A stretch of 61,780 bases of DNA, the filler included, from Basidiobolus meristosporus CBS 931.73 (taxonomy: Eukaryota; Fungi; Basidiobolomycota): assembly GCA_002104905.1 (NCBI GenBank). It is 4 parts of 4 records of this genome, joined end to end, with 100 filler letters (N's around TTAATTAATTAA, not from the genome) between each part and the next. Parts side by side here need not be neighbours in the genome. Positions count along the whole stretch, not along the records: positions 1 to 16,456 come from MCFE01001123.1; positions 16,557 to 41,851 come from MCFE01000933.1; 2 more parts are not named here. The stretch is one strand, 5' to 3'. The notes under the pieces were generated by a model that had not been told where the DNA came from, did no database searches, and was given only the letters and a program-made list of their open reading frames with translations. Below are positions 13,004 through 26,179 of the stretch, piece by piece. The stretch's first letter is position 1. Each line of letters opens with the position of its first letter. The position numbers and the translations under genes are program-made.

Positions 13004-16000
13004 TGTTGAAATAATTAGGAGTCCACCTAATTACTAATATATTATGAGCTAGCACTTAGTGAAATGATATATTTCAGATTATCAACATGGAAATTAGTTT
13101 GTAAGATATTTATTAATTATTAGGAATTCAAGAAGTACAGAATTTTAGGAAAATTTGAAACTTGTCCAAATGAGCTGAAACTTGGCACATGTACTCCTGA
13201 GACTCCTCTAATAATGACCAAATAGTCACATTTACGTAGTTCTGCAATAAGTATAAATACTGTGTTGCAACTCAATAAAACATCAAGTGAATATCATGTA
13301 AATCTTCTAATTGTCCAATTCACTTCCAATATATCTCTCTAATATTTCAACAGGTTATGAGCCCCAAGCTTGCTTTATCTTGGTTGTCTACTTTGCTCTA
13401 GTGTTGTGTCTTTATTCTGGAGAAAGACTGCCTGGTCTACCTGAAGTTACAAAAGACAGAAAAGTACTGCCCCTGCAAAGAACTGCTAGATGGGATATAT
13501 TGTTTTGGAGAGAGAGGCCTTTGCCCTTAAAGAAGACACTAAGCAAAGAAAAAGGTCATATATCAAGGAGATCATTTTGGACAAATTTCAAAAGTTATGG
13601 AATATGCAGAAGGATAAAGCTTTGAGAAAATGCGTAATCCCAGCAAGGAGTCAAGATCAATAAGGGGCATCTTACATGATATATGTATTAATGCTATGAA
13701 CCTTATTATCACCACATGATGGATCTATATTGAAGATCCACATATACCTGGGTTTGGATTAGACTATATCAGTCAATGAAGTGCCCACATTGCTGCAGTG
13801 AATTTACATAAGTCTGTAGTCACTTGAAATGAAATGATGCGCAAACACTTTGATGCCACCTGCTGACCTGGTTTGGAGTTGAATTTGCCAACAGATATAT
13901 GGATCAGCTTGCCCAAACTCTGAGGATCAAAATGATATATAATACCTATATATCTGGCCAAAGATCAGTGATCTCAGATATGCCAACTTAGGAGTGGTAC
14001 ACATGATATATCAGTGGTACTATTTCCAGTACCAATGATCCTGAGGCTCTGTGAGACACTTATTAGACAAACTACATGTCTACATCAAGTATCAGATACA
14101 GTGGGAGGAGATATATCCATATATGTTGAAGCATGGAATTTCTACCGCCTTCAAGAAAAGTGCTACCGGAGACCTTGACCAAAGTATATGCATATAGTCT
14201 CTATATACACTATAGAATATGCATGAAGTACTATCAAGGAGTGTACTAGTTGCCCTACACTAGTACATATATCACATACACACAATGATGAAGGATCATT
14301 TATATTAACATGGATCGGATGTTAGTCATGCTATTTTGATCAGATCAAGTTACTTACAGCTCCCAGCTTTGGGCCAAACTGCAATGGTGATATCTGCCAC
14401 CAAGATGCTGAGAGAAATGGCTTTTTAAGGAAGCTTATTTGATCAAATTTGATCAATCCTGTGAAAAGTTATGCCAGATCCAAATGGATGACTGATTTGG
14501 TTCAAACATCTCTGAATAGATATGTTTTGAGGACAGGAGGTTCCTGAACACTCTGGGAGATCTAAAAAACCATGGATATGCTACCTGCATGGTCCAGATC
14601 TAGATCAATAAGGAAATTCCTGCAACCAGCATCTCTAAGACCAGATAGGGAACAAAAACCTACCGCTAATAAGCTGTCAGTTTCTAATTGGAGTTAGGTG
14701 ATACCTAAGCCAGATTTAGACTATCTAGCACACTAGATATGATCCAGTTATCCTGCCACACAAGGATAGTGGAGTATTGTTGCTAAGGAAAGCAGCAGAG
14801 CAGTCCATGAGATCATACATACTCAGAGGCAACATCACAATTACGGTGAACAATGGAGTCAACTTACCTGCAGTGGAGGCTAGAGAAGTGGTACCAAGGG
14901 CCAACCTAAGGGTTATAATGGGTCCAGATGATCATGGACTTGTCTATTTGCACTGTCAACCAAGCTCTATGCTGGAAAGTTCAATCAGAATTAACAGTGG
15001 CTTATCAGAGCCATTATGGTAGATTTACGCAATTGGAAAGTGCCAGATCAGGTTGTACTGTTCAAGCGCAATAGTACATATGAGACCATATCTATCCTGT
15101 TTAGGATTAGGCCTCTATGAATAGCTGCCAATCAAGTTGTGGTATGCTGTGATACCAAATCAAGCCTATCAAGATGCAAAGGGAAGATCTGAATACCGTA
15201 ACAGTGATATCAGTCCAAGAAAGTTATGCCTAGATCAGAAGGATATATATGATCTATCTCAGTCAGTTTTAGAAAGCAGGAAGCACCAGAAGACATTGCT
15301 TCAGTGGGAGTACAATATCCCAGATCAGGAATGAAGAAAAGCTAGGCTAGATACCATTGAAGGCACTATTCTGGAAGAGGAAATACTGGGTCAACTAGTG
15401 AAGAATAAGGCAACTACAATGCTGATCAATTGTTGGTCTCCGCAGATCATATATGGAGTATATGAGGAAAGTTACTATCCAGATCCAGTTATGGATATAT
15501 GGAGGATAGCCTCAGTGAATTAGACTATAGACCAGAACTGTGGATGATCCAGATCTACTGGAGAGAAGACCACTTCCTAACTTTGCCAATTATTGACCAA
15601 TTTTACTCAAATAAGAAACAGCAGATAGCCTGAGAATGCAGCTCTCTGTTGATGCAAACTATGCCGGGATTCAATCAGTATCTGAAAAGTTTTACTCCAA
15701 TCAAATTGATGATACTCATTCATAGATATTTGTGATGAGATCAGAGTTCAGACTCAAAGTAATTTGATCTGAAGTATGTAATTAACAGTATGGACTTATA
15801 CTTAGTTATTACAGATAATATGCCTTCCTTAACATATATTGGAGAATACATTAGTCCAATAGGTTAGATGATTAATTGCAGGTTTAATTTCAACCGCAAG
15901 ATACACAACACCACTGCAAGTTCATAAGTATATGAATATATTATGTGAGTGGGAGTGTTGAAATAATTAGGAGTCCACCTAATTATAAATATATTATGAA

Positions 16001-16456
16001 CTAGCACTTAGTGAAATGATATATTTCAGATTATCAACATGGAAATTAGTTTGTAAGATATTTATTAATTATTAGGAATTCAAGAAGTACAGAATTTTAG
16101 GAAAATTTGAAACTTGTCCAAATGAGCTGAAACTTGGCACATGTACTCCTGAGACTCCTCTAATAATGACCAAATAGTCACATTTACGTAGTTCTGCAAT
16201 AAGTATAAATACTGTGTTGCAACTCAATAAAACATCAAGTGAATATCATGTAAATCTTCTAATTGTCCAATTCACTTCCAATATATCTCTCTAATATTTC
16301 AACAGGTTATGAGCCCCAAGCTTGCTTTATCTTGGTTGTCTACTTTGCTCTAGTGTTGTGTCTTTATTCTGGAGAAAGACTGCCTGGTCTACCTGAAGTT
16401 ACAAAAGACAGAAAAGTACTGCCCCTGCAAAGAACTGCTAGATGGGATATATTGTT
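13004..16456 (+). mobile_element. Copia-type LTR element, probably non-autonomous: LTR (13004-13352), PBS, 2.6-kb internal region, PPT, LTR (15956-16304), then PBS and internal sequence again
   Basis: 349-bp near-identical direct repeats with TGTTGAAA...TTTCAACA ends; GGTTATGAGCCC directly after each LTR (copia-type half-tRNAiMet PBS); purine tract GTGAGTGGGAG at 15945-15955; no long ORF inside. Confidence 0.85.
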
Positions 16457-16556
16457 NNNNNNNNNNNNNNNNNNNNNNNNNNNNNNNNNNNNNNNNNNNN
16501 TTAATTAATTAANNNNNNNNNNNNNNNNNNNNNNNNNNNNNNNNNNNNNNNNNNNN
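16457..16556. other. Artificial assembly spacer (44N-TTAATTAATTAA-44N)
   Basis: Identical 100-bp structure occurs three times; the central 12-mer gives stops in all six frames. Confidence 0.97.
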
Positions 16557-17618
16557 CCATGGAAGTAGTGGGTAAACTAATAAAGAGGCATGATTCTACA
16601 ATGGAATATATGGATAGCACATTGGGAGGTAGAAAAATGAAATGCCATTTTGTAAATTGGTATAGCAACATTTTACAGGACTAGCTCTAGACAACCATAC
16701 TGATATTATGAGGCCAACAGAAATCCACACAAAGGCTGTCAAAACACTGTCAAGTATTTTACCATATAGGGCAACTGCACATCTTGGTCTATTACGTCTG
16801 CTCAGATAAATGTAGACCATCTGAGGACCATCACAATGCCAATATAATATCATTGGAAGACCGCAAAAGCACTGGCGGATTTATTTCCTTATTTGGTGGT
16901 CCAAACACTGTTTAAATCCTGCCATAATACCATGAAAGGGTCAGGAATTCCAAGCCACCAGCATTAATGTGGGTGTATAATGAGATCTTCATGGCTGACC
17001 CCAATCAGATCCACCCACAGGATCAAATTACTTTTCATAGGGTGTTTTTGTGTGGTGTCCTGACAGCATCAATACCTCTCTGCTATAGAATTTGAATTTT
17101 GTGACAGCCTTCTGACAGGATCATCCAAACTTTTTCTCATAGGGCTTCTACACCTTAAAATACAGAATTTACACAAAAAAGACTTGAAGCCTGCCTATCA
17201 GAGGCACTAGAATCTAGCAGGTAGAAGGAGCATAATGGCTAAGTACTGCAAAGTATTTTGCAGATTTCTAAGAGGTTTTCATGGCCAAAGTAATGCAGAC
17301 CATGTATTTATTTGCAGTATGTTTATGTTATCTGCATTACAAGGCATATCTTACCCTCATTCTATTAGGCCAAAAATGTTCACTTTAAATGTTTTGGCCC
17401 AGATTTTGACTAATGTACAGGCAGTTTTTTGATGTATACTCAGTACCCAAATATTCTCAGGTGTACTGCATTTGGTCAATATCCATGCCATACTCCAAAT
17501 GGAGTAGAACTATGAAGTATTCTGTAATAACTCCTATCTTTAGGTTATACAGTAGTGCCAACTAATCCTGCCCAAAATCATAGGGTTATTTTTGATCATG
17601 TATCATAAATGTAGAGTC

Positions 17619-17966
17619 TGTTGTAAGAGTCTTGGAGATATTGGAAGTGATTGGGAGAACAAGTAGATTATGTGGTTTTCACTTAATGATTTATTGAATG
17701 TAAAAGTAGTATTTATACTTTTACCTGGTCTTGGCATTACAAACATGTAGAATAGGTTAAGGAAGGTCCCAAGAACATGTGTGCAAAGTTTGGGGCTGTT
17801 TGGACAACTTTGAGAATTTTCATGTTCTGGGTACCTGGTATTTTGGTGAAATATTCTAAGTAAATCCCAACAAGGAATTTGGTCAGTATTCTCTAGGATT
17901 TGAAGGTAATGATCTAAGTGACTAAGTTAGGTGAATATTTAGGTGGAAATACAAATTTTTACAACA
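17619..17966 (-). mobile_element. Solo LTR (348 bp) with 5-bp TSD GAGTC
   Basis: TGTTGTAA...TTACAACA ends; GAGTC at 17614-17618 and 17967-17971; reverse complement resembles the Copia-type LTR at 13004 (AGTATAAATACT, CAATAAA, TCACTTCCAATAT). Confidence 0.9.
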
Positions 17967-19241
17967 GAGTCAAAGTAGCTTACTAGTCTATGCCCTATTC
18001 ATTGACAGCATGTTTCCAGATATCTATTGCAATATAGATTACTTAGAAAAGTATTCTATACAGCTTGCAGTCTTTTAAACCTCTCAGTTTGTTTTTGCCC
18101 AATCAGTGCAGCAAAGATTTCACCATGTTGAAAACTTTCCCTCACCTTAACTGAGGAAGTCAGTGATTTTCTTGATTGGGAGCCCTCCAAATGTTATGAA
18201 TAGACATGGCAGGAGAGTAAGGCTAGGCAAGGTGGGACCAGGAAAGGACTTAGGCATGGATCAACAAGGCAAGGTGATTTATTCCAGACTTATGTTTATC
18301 AGACTGAGGAATACATCAGGGGGGATGGGACTATATATACTTTTTGACAACATAGATGCCAAGTAATATTGACAAACACTAATGGGGCTCTGGGGTGAGG
18401 CACAGTAATATGCAAGATAGAAAAATACTAAAGAATAGACTAGAATATCACATGGGGATATGCAGGAGGTCAGCCAATCATGTGACATGGATTACCTCAC
18501 ATCATATGGGACTACATAAACTCCTATGGGAAGTTTCCATAGAGTATTCTCTTGTGTAATGTTGTCTTGGAGCATTCAGGAAGTTGCTAGAATGAGGCAG
18601 AATATTCTGGAAGAAACTGGGATTTCCTCACCAACTTGGTTTGGCTTGATCATGAAAGGTCAGGGATGTCATGTGATCATGACACCAAACATGTATTCAG
18701 ATATTGCTATAACAGTACTCTCTTTGTGCCATTCTCTTTGGAAGAAAATAAGAGCTTCTCAGAATACTTAGTAGCTTAGTGACAAATTCTCCTTCACTCT
18801 AAGTCACCTACTTTCTCAAGAAATACTACTGTGATCAAGTGGTTTTACTCCACTCTCCCCTTGTTTTGATATTGAGGATATTGGAAAAGCAACAAATTCC
18901 AAGTTGATCCTGTTATTTGTACCTTTCCAGGCATCTTTTTTGAGTTCTAACTTGGCTTCTTTATTTATTATTTTAAATATAGATTTCATCTCTTGGTAAT
19001 TAGCATAGCCCTAGAACCAACTTGCCCCTATCGAGTTTTTCTACCCATGCTAGGCAGTTTTCAAATGCCTTGAGGCTTTCGTAATCATATCCGCCATCTC
19101 ATATAACAGTGCAGTCAAAATAAATCCGATCATTGGGCAATGTGAGTTTCAATGACCAATAGACTTGAAATATATTGACAATATTTATTCATTTAAAAAT
19201 GGTACTTGAAGGGATTAGTTTAAAAGACAATTGATTGGTAT

Positions 19242-19874
19242 TCAAGAGGATTGATCTAGGCAGTTATCACCCCCTTGAATAGTTTTCTTAAAGCCAAATA
19301 TCTTGAAGTTGTAACCCAATCCAGTTGCGTACTCTACAACCTCTCGGTACTTAGCTTCATCCAACTCTGGTTGGCGAGCGAGGATCCAGAATGCAGATTG
19401 GCAAGTGGAGCCTACGAAGGCGATTTCATAGTCACCCCAGATGTTTACCACAACATAGTTGGGCCCCATATCAAGACGGTCCATCAACCTACTAAGCCAA
19501 CTTTGCTCGTCGGAAGGAAAAGTGACGTTGAGGTAACCCGGATTGTTTTGTGGGTCTGTCTGCTGGGCCGTACCAATGATGGACTTGGGGGTGTTAGAGT
19601 TAGTGTTGACACATGTGTTGTTGACCTGAACGGATCCATTTTCCTGTAGCGTGTAGTTGGCCGTGACGCATTTGCAATCTTTCTCGAACGTGTTGTAGAC
19701 TGTCCACGTTGTTCCGATTTCGTACCACTTTCCTTGGTATTTGGTGACATCAAGATTATATGATGGTGGTGGCGATGGACACACTGAGAGCGCCCCAGCA
19801 ACTCCAATCGCGGCGATAATGGGGGTCAGGGTATGGATGAAGGATTTCATGGTTGCGCTTCTGGTAGAGTTCAT
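19242..19874 (-). CDS. Secreted lipocalin (ApoD/Blc-like)
   Basis: N-terminal hydrophobic signal; SCR1 LDVTKYQGKWYEIG, C..ANYTL..NG.V.V.N.C, YVVV...DY..AFVGS, FWILARQPEL. Intact 210 aa. Confidence 0.9.
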   Translation of the reverse strand: MNSTRSATMKSFIHTLTPIIAAIGVAGALSVCPSPPPSYNLDVTKYQGKWYEIGTTWTVYNTFEKDCKCVTANYTLQENGSVQVNNTCVNTNSNTPKSIIGTAQQTDPQNNPGYLNVTFPSDEQSWLSRLMDRLDMGPNYVVVNIWGDYEIAFVGSTCQSAFWILARQPELDEAKYREVVEYATGLGYNFKIFGFKKTIQGGDNCLDQSS

Positions 19875-21159
19875 TGGCTTCTTAAGTAGTTTTAGCGCAT
19901 TTTCTTGCCATCGGGAACAGTCAACGATGACTCGATCCAGGACGATGGATGATTGTTCCTGTGTACGTCAATCATGGCAATCTAATCCACATTCTGACAC
20001 AGGGATATGCGAAACAGGAATGTGCTATGTAAAGTAAGGTGGTTTACTGGAATGTCATGGGTTACGTTGATTTTCCATGGTCGGAAGTCACGCGTAATTG
20101 TCTTTATGTGGCTAAATGAATAATATAACAGACCAACAGTAGCGGCTGAGTAGCGGTTGGACCATGCTTTGGTCCATTGATTTCCTGCTCCACAGGTTGA
20201 AGTGAGATTCCGCAGTATCGGCTGATAGGCTTTAGTCCGGTATGTAAATTACAGATGAAGCTTGTGAGGAAATGGATTCGCAATGCGTTAATCCATTCAA
20301 CCCGAGATTATTCAGTAATTCCGCCGAACCAGATCCAATAGAAACTGGCCGATTTGTTTGTTACATGGTGAGGTAGCAGGGTATAATGCTGCTTAAGTAG
20401 CAGTCTGGCCACCACTTGATGAGGTGTCTCAATAACCGTACGTCAGTGATTGAGGCCTGCATTCCAGCCGATTAACAGTAAATCATCGTTCACCAGAAAC
20501 ATGGTTCGAGAAGATTGGCCGCAGATTACCACCTAATATTTACCATTCGAAGCTTTTGAAATCGGTTTCTCTTGGGTGACCAACTAAAGGGGATATGTCC
20601 TGGTGCAATGCGCGTTAAATAGCGTAATCTCGATCTATGACGATTTGTTCATTATGTAGATACTTGGTATATTCCGAAAACTAGAGGAGTGGGCCCTCCC
20701 TTTCTCAGCCTGCAGTTACCAATTTATTATGCAGTTTCCATGGCATCGAAATACGATGTATAATAGCTACTAGACCAAGTAAATGTGATCAGAATAGTGT
20801 GCGTATGCTCAGTCTTTGGTTTTGTGTATACCTCAGCAAAATTAGATGGATCTTTGAGCATCTTATACTAAGATTTCCCCAGCGATTGTGTTCTTCAATA
20901 TAATGCAATGTCTGGTATCAATTATCCGCACAATGTTCAACTGCGTTTTCCCCGAAGTATATGACAAACAAACCCGAGTTATTATTGTGTGTACATCTGA
21001 TTGTGAACACACCGATGATGTTTCTCGTGTCGCAAAAGTTTTAAAAGATGAAGTCGGGTATCCAAAAACGATGTATTATAAAGCTGGTTATCAAGCCCGT
21101 GCGGGAGTGTATGCACATAAAGGTTCTCCGAAGAACCATTTGTATAGTTATTAATAAAT

Positions 21160-21390
21160 ATGCTTGGTGATCCCTGGTCGTGAAGTTGTCGGAAGGATTC
21201 AAAAGCTGGGTGAGAATGTACGAAATGTTAACCATTCAGATGTTACGCGAGAGATGCTGAATTTTGTCCAAGGTTTCTTCTCTCCATAAAGAAGGCATGC
21301 GCATTGGTGTTAGGTGGAACGCTGGTTACTGTAGGAATTGTGAAGCTTGTCACCGTGGCGCATTCATTGATTGTGAGAAGTTTTGGGTAA
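21160..21390 (+). pseudogene. Zinc-dependent alcohol dehydrogenase (MDR) N-terminal fragment with a 55-bp intron
   Basis: LVIPGREVVGRIQKLGEN | intron 21218-21272 (GTACG...CAAG) | VSSLHKEGMRIGVRWNAGYCRNCEACHRG...C. Structural Zn Cys cluster present; GHE motif reads GRE; frame stops soon after. Confidence 0.7.
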
Positions 21391-21899
21391 CCGGAGTTGA
21401 TGCTGGTAGCAGTCCCGAAAGTGGAGATGGAGGTTGAATGCAGTCTTAGGGCCTGCAGGGTACCAGTGCAACATGGCCAGCATCAGGGATTCGGGTCGAA
21501 TATATCAAATTTCTACAGCAAAGTCGCCTGGGCCTTACTATGGATGATCTTGATGATAGTGGGCGTTGGCAATCTGGAATGCGCAATCTTTGACGCCAAC
21601 GAGATGAGAAGTTGGGAATCTGTTTCTGCAACAATGGCATCCTCGGGCATGGTGGTATAGCGGTTAGGTCCCCATTTCATAATAGATAACCTAGTGGGTA
21701 GTTGCCTGATAGTTCGTGCATATCTTCTACGCCATGATAAGCACTAGAATGGTAATCTAGAACAAAAAGCAATTTCATTTGAATCAAACTGCTGAATAAT
21801 TGTAAAGATGGGATTTAGCTCAGTACATGGTTTGTCAACAAGAATGTAACACGCATGAGGACTGAGCTGAATTTTTGCGCAGAACCAACGTTCCTATCA

Positions 21900-22350
21900 G
21901 CTGTAAGAGATCCCTTAGCTTCGGAGATGTGGGTACGAGAGCCGTCTACAGTAGAAGAAATGAAAGTAGGGGTCTTGGGTGGATCCCAAGGAAGATTCTC
22001 ACTGTGTATACATTGCATATCAATAGATTCGAAGTAAACCTTATACCCGGTTGCTTGCTCCAATCAGTCAGCCCACCAGCCTAATCCATTCTACCATTAT
22101 TGTACGCATTAGAGTTCCAAATCGAAAGTTGAGCATGTGCTGGCCTCGCAGGATATTGAAAAGCTTTTGTTGTGTGGTTGTAAGTATCTTTCCTAAGCAC
22201 GGTTCTGGCTATTTTCTTGTTGACCCAGAAACTGATCAACTCTTTTTTTGACACCTTTAAGCTCACAACTCCTTTGTAATTATTCTCTATATCCAGACGG
22301 TTCAACCACGAGTCCGCCTGAAATCTATCAAAGTCATTGAGGGTCAACCA
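21900..22350 (-). pseudogene. GH16 Crh1/Utr2-like transglycosylase C-terminal fragment
   Basis: ISFWVNKKIARTVLRKDTYN...FQYPARPAHAQLSIW...GRMD*AGGLTDWS...YFESIDMQC; the Trp of the conserved WAGG.TDW motif is TAG (22081-22083). Confidence 0.7.
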
Positions 22351-22604
22351 ACTACTTGCACTTGAATCACTTTCATAAATAGGTTTTCCTTCAATGATTT
22401 ATTGGACATAGAAGTTGCAATTTTGCTTATGCAGAGTTTTGCCAACAAAGAAATCCAGGGTAAGTTCTGAGAAGTTTCAATGACATGTGTGCAAAGTTTG
22501 GTGTCATTTGGGCAATGGGGATTGATATCATATTCTGGGTGCCTTTCATCTGGATAAATATATGCCAACTAAATCTCAATTGAGAACTCAATTGGATGTT
22601 GGTA

Positions 22605-22880
22605 AATACCTTGTGAGAGTCTTGGAGTTATTGAGAGTGATTGGAGGAGCAAGTAGATTGTGTGGTTTTTACTTAATGATTTATTGAATGTAGAAGTAGT
22701 ATTTATACTATGACATGGTCTTGGGAAAACAACCTTGTAAAAATTTTTTAGACAAGTCCCAACAACGTGTGTGAAAAATTTGGGGGTTGGACAACCTCAC
22801 AAATTTCATGAAGTCCATGCACTACGATCCAAGTGACTAAGTTAACTAAATATTCAAGTGCAAATACGGAATTTACAATA
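22605..22880 (-). mobile_element. Older solo LTR, same family as 17619-17966
   Basis: Aligns with the 17619 LTR (GAGTCTTGGAG...GATTTATTGAATGTA.AAGTAGTATTTATACT); ends are approximate. Confidence 0.8.
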
Positions 22881-23237
22881 TAATTACAGGAAATTGTTGA
22901 CCCAACTCTATACCCACCAGCAGCTCTTTTTTGCTGGCTACTCTTTTTACTACTACATTTCATTTGGCTTTTGATTTACAGCATCGTGTTCAACTATAGG
23001 CCTAAGTTAATTGCATTAAACATACACTTGACAACAAGCATATAAATCCTCTGAATTCATGACCCACAGATTTGGCGAGGACCTTATGAAGCTTTATTTT
23101 TGTAGGATCAGTAAGAATGAGGTCTTGAGCAAAATATCCATCACCAAAATATTCATTACTTAGAAGCTGAGGTACCATGCCGAAGACAGAGGTTCTTGGG
23201 TCAGTAATCCGACATCTTTAGGATGTTGTAGGGGTGA

Positions 23238-24107
23238 TTATTCTGATGATTTTGTAGGCATTTTGAGAACGTCTCGAACCCAGTTGTTGAACTCGCACAT
23301 CAGATGTGTCTGATGCTGTCGAATCATCCAACCTGGGACTAACGCAGGGAACTCAACCAGAAGCTTTAGTCGCAGGCCATCCGATTCTTTCCTAATCTGG
23401 TGCCTTACACCACCAATGACAGCTCCATTTTTAGTACGTGCTACGCCGAACATCTGCTCATCGTATGTAGGATCCTTCTCAGAGCAGAGCCCTTCTGCGT
23501 CACCGTAGCGGATGAAGAACTGTGTAGGGAATGGGGACCCGCCAGTTGTCTCAATTACTTCCTGGGTATTCTCGCCAGTGTTTGCTATCAAGTAGTGGTC
23601 AGGGCATGCCATGAGCCGCATCTTGTCGTACTCCAGGTCATCATTCAGCATTATGTGATTTAGCTTGTCCAAAAATTCGCTGGGCTCTACAACCACACCA
23701 CTTACGGCGATCTCCACCACGCTATACTTCCTTCTGCCGAACGACAGAAAGCTGGCGATCTGCATCACCAGCTGTGAGAGACCGAGATAGAAGCCCAACT
23801 TCTTACGCAGTTTGTCTTTACCCGCTTCGATCTTCATCTCGGCCAGGCTGTTTCTCTGTTCATCAAGGTGCTGATCGCTGGATTTTTGTTCTAAATTCAA
23901 CAGACGATGAACAAGGCTCGTTACATGTGTCACTCGCTTGGCCTCCCACTTTCTAATATTTTCATATGGTACCAATTTCCCATCAGCGTATGTTTTGATC
24001 TCCGTTTGTTCAGTGCAAACAACACCCCCAGAGGCTCGATATTTTGGGACTTCACTCATTGAAACTTTAGTGTGAATGGTGTATAACAGACCGTCAGGCG
24101 TGTCCAT
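23238..24107 (-). CDS. Hypothetical protein (289 aa; true start uncertain)
   Basis: Long open frame with normal CpG content and globular composition; C-terminal motifs CPDHY, EVIETTGGSP, GGVRHQ, VEFP, HLMCEFNNW look family-like but I cannot assign them. Confidence 0.6.
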   Translation of the reverse strand: MDTPDGLLYTIHTKVSMSEVPKYRASGGVVCTEQTEIKTYADGKLVPYENIRKWEAKRVTHVTSLVHRLLNLEQKSSDQHLDEQRNSLAEMKIEAGKDKLRKKLGFYLGLSQLVMQIASFLSFGRRKYSVVEIAVSGVVVEPSEFLDKLNHIMLNDDLEYDKMRLMACPDHYLIANTGENTQEVIETTGGSPFPTQFFIRYGDAEGLCSEKDPTYDEQMFGVARTKNGAVIGGVRHQIRKESDGLRLKLLVEFPALVPGWMIRQHQTHLMCEFNNWVRDVLKMPTKSSE

Positions 24108-26179
24108 ATAATGGCAGGTGTAAGTTCCGCAATCATCCGCAGGAAATATATTGGATGATCACCCGCGGCAGTAAATAGCACAAACCGAACAACCATTCGT
24201 TGTGGGGTTTACAATATGTACATATCACTCTCGGGTCAACACTTGCGCTGCCCCATTGGCCCATAAGCCATACATATAAGTTCTTAATTTGCCACAATGT
24301 CACATCCAGTGATAGCAGACTGCAATTAGTTCCTGGTTGTTCGGATTTACAGCCCTCAATGGTGTAGCATTTTGGTCACAAACCTTATGCATCACAGAAT
24401 CATCCAAAGCTTGTTGAGTACCTATTGATCGCCCATCCTGACATATAATTGGACAAATAGTCAGGAAACATCGCACCACTCCCACGAGACGTGGTGTCGA
24501 TCTAAACTGGCATGTGGCTTCAACCCAACCATAACTACTCTTACCCGGTTATCTCGCTACATATATGTATATATATATATGTACTAACTTCAGTCACGCT
24601 ACGGGATTTGGAATGTATCGTATGGGTTGAACTGAGAGCTGGGATATCTTTGTTATTCCATTTCGGTCAACCTCGACTTGGCCCACTAATCCTATCCGCA
24701 TTAGTGAGAACGAATAGGAATCAAAGCCGATAAACATTGGATTGTTATCAGCCAGCATCAGATTTCGCAAACAACCATGGGCTCGATCAATCAATAGCAG
24801 TTTACTGACGCTCTGGCATTGCGCTAAACAGTTTGCCAAGGAGTATCAATGCAAAGCCCTCACACGTATACATATCCATATGGTGGAAAGGTCGGGAAAA
24901 AGAATATTTTCTCCCCGAAAGAAGTGTACCAAGTTGTTGGGTCAAGTCATAAGCGCCACAATCAGCAGAATGTCTGTTGTGAGTTTTGTTGAAGAATCCT
25001 TTGTGTGTACTACACGAAAGTGGTGATTTAGATTCAGACTTCTTCTGTGGGAATCCTTCATCTCGCCATGGGGCTATCCTTCCGCTAACCAGTTTCTGTC
25101 ATCGCTTCTTTGGAAGCGGCCCTCGCTATTCCATTTGGTGATTCTCACACAGCCTACGCCAACAACCCGTGCGCTGGGTAAGACTTGTTATTCGGGGGTA
25201 TCGGTCCTCAACTGTGAACACAGAGTATAAACTGGGGAGGGACGCCAATCTCAACAAGTGAGAATTATAGTGAGCAACTTGGGTTTTCTGGATTGTTAGA
25301 CGTTGATGCTTTCAAGCTTCTGACCCAAGTCTTTTTTGGTTAACATAATGACCGTTTGTCCAGTAGCCCTATATCTGCCCAAGTAGCTGTAGATCCAAGG
25401 TATCGGCGCCTAACCAGCAGCCTGGGTGTGTGGAGGGTGGTACCAGAAGAAAAAGCTGTCTACTCGTCACTTCTGTAGTGGATATTTCAGTGACAACAGG
25501 CATTAGAGAATATGAGATTGAAGTCTACGATATAGTACAAGAGTGAGGAGGGAAAATAACAGCAGGGCTGAAGTGGTATGAACTCCACTAGCGAAACATC
25601 TGTTATGGAGGCATTTCCATTTGTAGTGTAGTTTATACAGTAACAGACGAATCCAGCGCATTAGAAACGTTAGGTTTCCACGTATGATAAGGATAAGCCA
25701 ATCTATACGGCTTGTGTCTACCAGTGGCTGGAAAGTAAGACGGCTATCCATACAAATAACATTGTGAGAGAAGCAAACGACCCATCCTACTGATTCTCAA
25801 GCAAGCGCCGGAAGCGTACGCACAGGAATCGATTCGTTGTTTGGTCGATGCTCGTTGACCGTTCGATAGCTTGAAGTTGATGATACCATACAGGAGTACT
25901 TTTTTGGTCATCGACAGCAAACTAACCAAATATGGATATTCTCGAGTGCATTTTCTCCCCCCATTCATTAGCAATATCACCATTCAATTTCACAATGTTG
26001 CATTGTCATGACCTTACAGTTAATGCCGCTAAGCATCCTATGACATGGAAATGGAACCATAGAAAAAACTTGGGGTCCAAATGCTTGTGAGCATGTGGAT
26101 TTCCTAATACGTCGAAGGCCTGGATCTCGTTTATGCTATATTTTATTACTTAAATTCTCAAGTACATATCATCTTGATT

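Noticed and set aside
16501-16512. TTAATTAATTAA within N runs (also at 41896 and 56308) as a biological motif
   Set aside because: An identical 44+12+44 layout three times marks an assembly spacer.
24560-26000. Possible gene fragments between the unknown ORF and the NRPS
   Set aside because: Short, stop-interrupted frames with no motif I can recognise.
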